From a bacterium (GTDB lineage: Bacteria > SAR324 > XYD2-FULL-50-16): a DNA stretch of 64,000 nt. The translations under genes were made by a program, and so were the position numbers. Under the pieces are notes generated by a model. That model was given only the letters and a program-made list of their open reading frames with translations. It made no database searches and was not told where the DNA came from. Location: NCBI GenBank assembly GCA_032250835.1, contig JAVVEA010000007.1, positions 32,001 to 96,000 of the forward strand. Reading direction: 5' to 3'. Numbering within the stretch: the first letter of the stretch is position 1; each line of letters starts with the position of its first letter. Positions 58,958-64,000 of this stretch are shown here, piece after piece.

Positions 58958-59827
58958 ATGCAACCACAACGCAATCTGGAACTGGAAAAAGGCCGACTCG
59001 CGGCGATACGTGCCTGCAAAGAGGACATTGAAGAAATCCTCTCATTAGGTCGCGAGTTGATGACCTCCTTGTTCCCAGAAGCCAAAATCACCCCCGGCGA
59101 AGGTAAAAGCTTCGACGCCCACAAGGTGGTTGACTACAAACTCAATAAAATCCGCGCCTGGGTCACCCAAGTGTTAAACGACGGCTTGACGCTTGCCGCC
59201 GCTACCGAGCCGATAGAGATCTTCCCAGAGACCATTCGCCTGCCCCACGCGGTAGCTGAAGAGGTGTTAGAAACCCTGGTGGTGATCTTCACCCATGGGC
59301 GGGACTTGGCTGACAACGACTATTATTACATAAGTGACCTTGCCAACGCCATAGGTTTGGAAGTTCCCGCCGTTTCCAAAGTAATTGAACAAACCCAATA
59401 CGAAATCCGCAAGGCCTTTTTTTCCGGACTACTGGCCGAGTTGGATGACCAGCAGTGCTTTAACTGCGCGGTTTTGTTGATGAAGGCGATCCAAGCCGAC
59501 GAGGAACTGCACCCCGCCGAGTTCAAATATGTCGAAAACATCGCCCAGCTGTTAGAGAACGATCAATCGCGCATTGAAGAGGTGGAACGCTTCTGTAGCG
59601 AGCGCGACGAACTCCCTCGGGTTTTCTTGCCCGAAGACATTGCCGCCTATATGTATAAATATCTAGCGGAAATCGTGATGTGCGGCGGGGACTATGACTC
59701 CCGTGAAACGGCCTTTATTAAGGAAGTGGGTGAGGCCTTCGGTTTCGACCACCACCGCCAAGACGAGATCATCCAGCCGGTGGCCGCCGCCCTGATGACC
59801 AAGGCAGCGCTGTTCCCCAAAAATTAA
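58958..59827 (+). CDS. TerB-like domain protein
   Basis: Repeated helical units ending in AD..L...E..Y/F....A..LG (AIQADEELHPAE; CGGDYDSRE). Confidence 0.65.
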   Translation: MQPQRNLELEKGRLAAIRACKEDIEEILSLGRELMTSLFPEAKITPGEGKSFDAHKVVDYKLNKIRAWVTQVLNDGLTLAAATEPIEIFPETIRLPHAVAEEVLETLVVIFTHGRDLADNDYYYISDLANAIGLEVPAVSKVIEQTQYEIRKAFFSGLLAELDDQQCFNCAVLLMKAIQADEELHPAEFKYVENIAQLLENDQSRIEEVERFCSERDELPRVFLPEDIAAYMYKYLAEIVMCGGDYDSRETAFIKEVGEAFGFDHHRQDEIIQPVAAALMTKAALFPKN

Positions 59828-60207
59828 GGAACCTTCGGCAGCCCTCCAGACGCACCCCGGTAGAGGTGATAAATCTTCTTAAAACCCAACTGGTTTAACA
59901 GCCGCATAGCATCCGAAGAACGGCCACCGGTCTGGCAATAGACCAGATAGGCAAGGTTGCGGTCCAGTTGCTCTAGCTGACCTTGGAAGCTTTTGTCATA
60001 GTAGTTAAAATTCAACGCCCCGTTGATATGGCCCGAGTTGAACTCACCGGGCGTGCGCAGATCAAGCGCCTGAACGGGCTGGGCACTAAGCAACTGCGCG
60101 GCTTGATCCCTGTTGACGTCGATTACGTTTTCATAAACCGGTGCCTGATCACAAGCAGCCAAACCCAACGCCACCAGCAGCAATAAACTGGTCAACCAAC
60201 CTTTCAT
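59824..60207 (-). CDS. Rhodanese-domain lipoprotein
   Basis: Lipobox LAAC; LDLRTPGEF..GHI.GA, VYCQTGGRS. Confidence 0.88.
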   Translation of the reverse strand: MKGWLTSLLLLVALGLAACDQAPVYENVIDVNRDQAAQLLSAQPVQALDLRTPGEFNSGHINGALNFNYYDKSFQGQLEQLDRNLAYLVYCQTGGRSSDAMRLLNQLGFKKIYHLYRGASGGLPKVP

Positions 60208-60229
60208 AAGCTTCCTATTTTTAGCGAAC

Positions 60230-61087
60230 ATGAACCAAACCACCCTTAAGGACAGTCTGATGATTACCGGCGGCGTTGGCCTGCATTCAGGCCGCCCGAC
60301 GCGACTGGTCTTTTATCCTGGCCAAGCGGATCAGGGGATCGTCTTCCACCGGCTGGATAAGGATGTCAAAATCCCGGCAACCTATCAATACGCAAAGACC
60401 AGCCCCCTGTGCACCACCTTACAACACCAAGGCGTTGAGTTGCAGACCGTGGAACATTTGCTGTCCGTTTGCAACGGCATGGGCATCGACAACCTGGAGG
60501 TGGAACTCGAAAGCGAAGAGGTGCCCATCTTTGACGGCTCTGGCTTTGAGTTCTTCCAACGCTTCAGCGAAGTGGGCCTTCAACAGTTAGACCAACCCCG
60601 CAAAGCCATCAAACTAACCAAGCCGGTCCGTTACGCCCAAGGGGAAATCGAAATCCTGGCCACCCCGGCCGACTCGCCGAGTTTCACCTTCTCCATCGAT
60701 TTCGACCACGCGCAGGTAGGGGCCCAGGAGTTCCAATTCAGTTTCACCGAAGCGAACTATAAAGACCAAATCGTCCAGGCCAAAACCTTCTGCTTAGAGC
60801 GAGACGTTGAGGCGGCCCGCGCCGCCGGATTGATCAAGGGCGGCAGCGAAGAAAACGCCATCGTCTTAGGCCGCGATGGGCAGTTTAAAAACATGGAAGT
60901 GATGACTTGGCTCAACGAGCCGAACCTGCACAAAATCTTAGATCAAATCGGTGACTTCTTCTTAGCCGACAACCGCCGCCTGATCGCCGCCGTCTTCAGC
61001 CACAAGTCCGGCCACGCCGCCAACCTCCAATTTATCCGCCACCTAATGTTAGAGCGCCAAGACGCCTGGGAGTTGGTGGAGCTTTAA
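60230..61087 (+). CDS. lpxC: UDP-3-O-acyl-GlcNAc deacetylase
   Basis: GVGLHSG, TVEHLLS, EVPIFDGS, HKILD.IGD, SGH..N. Confidence 0.95.
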   Translation: MNQTTLKDSLMITGGVGLHSGRPTRLVFYPGQADQGIVFHRLDKDVKIPATYQYAKTSPLCTTLQHQGVELQTVEHLLSVCNGMGIDNLEVELESEEVPIFDGSGFEFFQRFSEVGLQQLDQPRKAIKLTKPVRYAQGEIEILATPADSPSFTFSIDFDHAQVGAQEFQFSFTEANYKDQIVQAKTFCLERDVEAARAAGLIKGGSEENAIVLGRDGQFKNMEVMTWLNEPNLHKILDQIGDFFLADNRRLIAAVFSHKSGHAANLQFIRHLMLERQDAWELVEL

Positions 61088-61762
61088 TCAATAGGAAAAG
61101 CCTAATAAAAGGGCACCCGGCCAATGTTTACCGCTCCAACCCAAGCCTTGCTGGCCTGACTCGTCAAGCCGCAAATAGGGAGAGGCAAAAGCAAAATTCG
61201 CTACCTGCCTTTGTTCTTCTATGAATAGGTCGAAATATCGTCCAACTTCCGTTTCTGCAACGTTTTGTTGAAACTTAGGAACAACCAAAACCAGCACTAG
61301 CCGATGGTCAAATCCCTCTCCTGCAGTGAGTTCCAATACTTGGTTTTTGGCTTCGTTAATTTTCGCAGTTATCGCTGCGGAATGTGCGTCAACCTTATTG
61401 GCACCGAGGGGAATGTCCAACTGAATTTTTTTTGCTTCCGCTACGTAGCGTTTTCCCGACAATTCAAACCAAAGGTCAGGTTTGCGATATTCCGCTGAAT
61501 TTTCATTTTCAACCTTTCGTTTTTTGATTGCACCGGGTTTTACGTTGTAGGTAATATAGTCTTGGACCGCTAGCCCGCCGACTTGCCATACGGCAGCAGA
61601 CAAGGTGCCCACCACCGCTGTTTCATTGTACGCGAAGAGAGCATCATCTGTTTCAAAATACCGGTCAAAGTTAGCTAAATTAGTCCGCCACTGATACAAG
61701 AAACGATCAAAAGCGTAACCGGCTACTTCTTCCCAATCTGGCGAATAAATATTGGTTTTCAT
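61088..61762 (-). CDS. Hypothetical PD-(D/E)xK nuclease-like protein
   Basis: YNE helix, PDLW...AEAK; GAGGGAG RBS; AT-richer than neighbours. Confidence 0.55.
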   Translation of the reverse strand: MKTNIYSPDWEEVAGYAFDRFLYQWRTNLANFDRYFETDDALFAYNETAVVGTLSAAVWQVGGLAVQDYITYNVKPGAIKKRKVENENSAEYRKPDLWFELSGKRYVAEAKKIQLDIPLGANKVDAHSAAITAKINEAKNQVLELTAGEGFDHRLVLVLVVPKFQQNVAETEVGRYFDLFIEEQRQVANFAFASPYLRLDESGQQGLGWSGKHWPGALLLGFSY

Positions 61763-61791
61763 TTCTCCCTCTAAACTTGTTTTTCCTTTTT

Positions 61792-63078
61792 TCAGAGAAT
61801 CTGATCCAAGGATTTTTTAAAGGCCTTGGCGGTCGCTTCTAGGTCTGCTTCGCTGTGGGCGGCGGACATGAAGGCGGCTTCGAAGGCCGAAGGGGCCATG
61901 TAGACGCCATGGGTCAGCATGGCGCGGAAGTATTTGCCGTAGCGTTCGGTGTGGTTGCCCAGGGCGTCTTCGTAGTTGTGGATCGGTTTTTCGGTGAAGT
62001 AAAAGCCGAACATGGTGCCCACCGCTTCAATCTGGTGCGGTACGCCGCGCTTGGTGAGGGCGTCGGCCATTTCGTTTTTCAGCCAGGTGGTCTTCTGACC
62101 CAAGTCTTCGTAAAAGCCCGGTTTGTCCAATTCGCGCAGCGTCACCAATCCGGCGGCCATGGCCATGGGGTTGCCGCTGAGCGTACCGGCTTGGTAGATG
62201 TCCCCGGCCGGAGAGATGCGCGACATCACGTCGGCGCGGCCCCCATAGGCCCCCACCGGCATCCCGCCGCCGATCACCTTGCCTAGCGTGGTCAAGTCCG
62301 GAGTGATGTGGAACAGCTCTTGAGCACCGCCCTTAGAGGCCCTAAAGCCGCTCATCACCTCATCAAAAATCAACAGAATCCCTTCGCGGTCACAAAGCTC
62401 GCGTAGGCCCTGCAAAAAGCCGGGCACCGGGGGCACCACGCCCATATTGCCGGCCACCGGCTCTAAGATAATGGCCGCCACTTCGCCGGAGTTGTGTTCG
62501 ATCAACTCTTCAACGGAGCCCAAGTTGTTGTATTGGGCCAGCAGGGTCAGTGCCGCAAAGTCGGCGGGAACGCCGGGGCTATCGGGAGCGCCCAAAGTGG
62601 TCGCCCCAGAACCGGCCTTGACCAACAAATAGTCCGCATGTCCGTGGTAACAGCCGCTGAACTTGATGATCTTGTCGCGGCCCGTGTAGCCCCTAGCCAA
62701 GCGCAGAGCGCTCATGGTGGCTTCGGTGCCGCTGTTGACCATCCGCACCATCTCCATCGAGGGCACCAGCTTGTTGATCAACTGGGCCAGCTCAATTTCG
62801 CTAGCCGTAGGGGCCCCAAAGCTGAGCCCGTCTTTCATAGTTTTTTCCAGCTGGTCTAAGACCACCTGGGGCGCATGGCCCAAGATCAGCGGGCCCCAGC
62901 TGCCTACGTAGTCGATGAAGCGGTTGCCGTCTACGTCGATGATGTGGCTGCCCTCGCCTTTGGCAATAAACAGCGGGTCTCCGCCGACGCCTTTAAAGGC
63001 GCGCACCGGCGAGTTGACGCCACCGGGGATCAGTTTTTGGGCTTGGGTGAAGAGTTCTCTAGACTTGCTGACCAACAT
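61792..63078 (-). CDS. hemL: Glutamate-1-semialdehyde 2,1-aminomutase
   Basis: PGGVNSPVRAF, VNSGTEATM, FDEVMSGFR, LGKVIGGG.PVGA. Confidence 0.98.
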   Translation of the reverse strand: MLVSKSRELFTQAQKLIPGGVNSPVRAFKGVGGDPLFIAKGEGSHIIDVDGNRFIDYVGSWGPLILGHAPQVVLDQLEKTMKDGLSFGAPTASEIELAQLINKLVPSMEMVRMVNSGTEATMSALRLARGYTGRDKIIKFSGCYHGHADYLLVKAGSGATTLGAPDSPGVPADFAALTLLAQYNNLGSVEELIEHNSGEVAAIILEPVAGNMGVVPPVPGFLQGLRELCDREGILLIFDEVMSGFRASKGGAQELFHITPDLTTLGKVIGGGMPVGAYGGRADVMSRISPAGDIYQAGTLSGNPMAMAAGLVTLRELDKPGFYEDLGQKTTWLKNEMADALTKRGVPHQIEAVGTMFGFYFTEKPIHNYEDALGNHTERYGKYFRAMLTHGVYMAPSAFEAAFMSAAHSEADLEATAKAFKKSLDQIL

Positions 63079-63091
63079 GGGACCTCGGGGA

Positions 63092-64000
63092 TTAAAAATG
63101 ATAGCGGAGTTGTGCGCCGTACAGCGAAAACCGGCTGGTTCTCTCGCTGGACGGTGCTAGGTTGTCATTGGCGCTATAGGCCTCTTCGGGGACAAAATAA
63201 CCCCAGGCCAAATTAGCGGTCAGGTTTTTATCCATCTCCACCTGATACTCGACGTTAAACTCTTGCCCAATCTTCATCACCCGCTCACCGGTATCGTTGA
63301 TCACCGTTTTATTGTGGGCATATTGGTAGAATCGAATATCCACGCCCCACTGGTTTTCGGGGTTGCGGTAGTTAAAGAAAAGGCTTTGGTAGTTTAGGTT
63401 CGAGACCGAGTGTCCGTCGCCGGAGCCATGTAGGCCGTTAAAGTAAATCAAGGCGTCGCCGTAGAAGCCCTTTTGGACCTCCAAGTAGTCGGTGCGGTCA
63501 CGGTCCCAATAGTTTTCGCTTTGGGTTAATTGCTCCCCACCCCGCCCGCTTAGGTAGGTGAGGCGGGTTTGCCAGTTTTCACCCAGCATATAGCGCTGCT
63601 CCAAACGCCAAACGCCGCCCGCTAAGTGGCGGTGGGCCAAAAAGTCGCGTTCGCTGTCGCCCTGATTCCCTTCCCAATAAAACCGGTCTCCGGCCATACC
63701 GGCATAATTGACTAACAGTTGGTAGTCATAGTAATTCCAGGTTCCGTTGACGCCAAAGTATTCCATCTTCTTGTTTTCAAAGTAGACGGGCTTACCGTTA
63801 GAAGTCGCTTGGTAGCTAGTGCCATTGCCGGTTCTGCCGCCATATAAGGCCAGAGGGATTTCACTACCCCGATAAAAGTGGCGGAAGATTTCGATATATA
63901 AGGCGCTGCGCTGGCGCTCTTTGCTCTCGAAGCTATCAAAGAAGACCTGCCCTTGTTCATAGACCGGGTAGGTTAATTGGGCATAGAGCAGGTTATCGCC
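63092..64000 (-). CDS. Outer-membrane beta-barrel/porin-like protein, 5' end outside window
   Basis: Frame is open from 64000 (GDNLLYAQLTYPVY...); Tyr/Gly-rich beta strands; IGQEFNV..Y, GYFVP, terminal YHF. Confidence 0.7.
   Translation of the reverse strand, partial: GDNLLYAQLTYPVYEQGQVFFDSFESKERQRSALYIEIFRHFYRGSEIPLALYGGRTGNGTSYQATSNGKPVYFENKKMEYFGVNGTWNYYDYQLLVNYAGMAGDRFYWEGNQGDSERDFLAHRHLAGGVWRLEQRYMLGENWQTRLTYLSGRGGEQLTQSENYWDRDRTDYLEVQKGFYGDALIYFNGLHGSGDGHSVSNLNYQSLFFNYRNPENQWGVDIRFYQYAHNKTVINDTGERVMKIGQEFNVEYQVEMDKNLTANLAWGYFVPEEAYSANDNLAPSSERTSRFSLYGAQLRYHF

Noticed and set aside
1-64000. CRISPR arrays, tRNA/rRNA, transposases, integrases, prophage genes
   Set aside because: No regularly spaced repeats, cloverleafs or recognisable mobile-element proteins seen by eye; a tool scan could still find short remnants.

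Overview
A GC-rich, gene-dense bacterial chromosome segment. The gene repertoire (split atpZIBE, CIRCE/HrcA, heme-c MCP, TerB-like orphan) suggests a deltaproteobacteria-like or SAR324/Lambdaproteobacteria-type organism, which is an inference. It is mostly core genome: a partial KamA radical-SAM gene, an ABC permease, metG, an F9-like chemotaxis operon (triple-domain CheW, cheB, cheR, HEAT protein, cheY, multi-Hpt cheA), phoR-like kinase, mtnA, CIRCE-hrcA-grpE-dnaK-dnaJ-NAD kinase-prs, flagellar fliJ-motE-fliK-flgD-flgE, sfsA fusion, bolA-grxD, PAS-GGDEF, atpZIBE, MCP, pepA, lexA, argH, lpxC and hemL. I saw no rRNA, tRNA, CRISPR array, transposase or prophage. The strongest leads are: (1) an AT-richer two-gene islet after prs, encoding a papain-fold Cys protease and an unannotated 54-aa ORF; (2) a 54-aa SutA-like RNA-polymerase-binding protein in a small, possibly sigma28-driven operon; (3) an ~195-nt rod-shaped intergenic RNA candidate with 6S-like architecture; (4) tandem putative LexA operators; (5) an orphan gene under a near-consensus sigma28 promoter; (6) a solitary PD-(D/E)xK nuclease-like gene. 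Family assignments come from motif recognition by eye; no searches were run.
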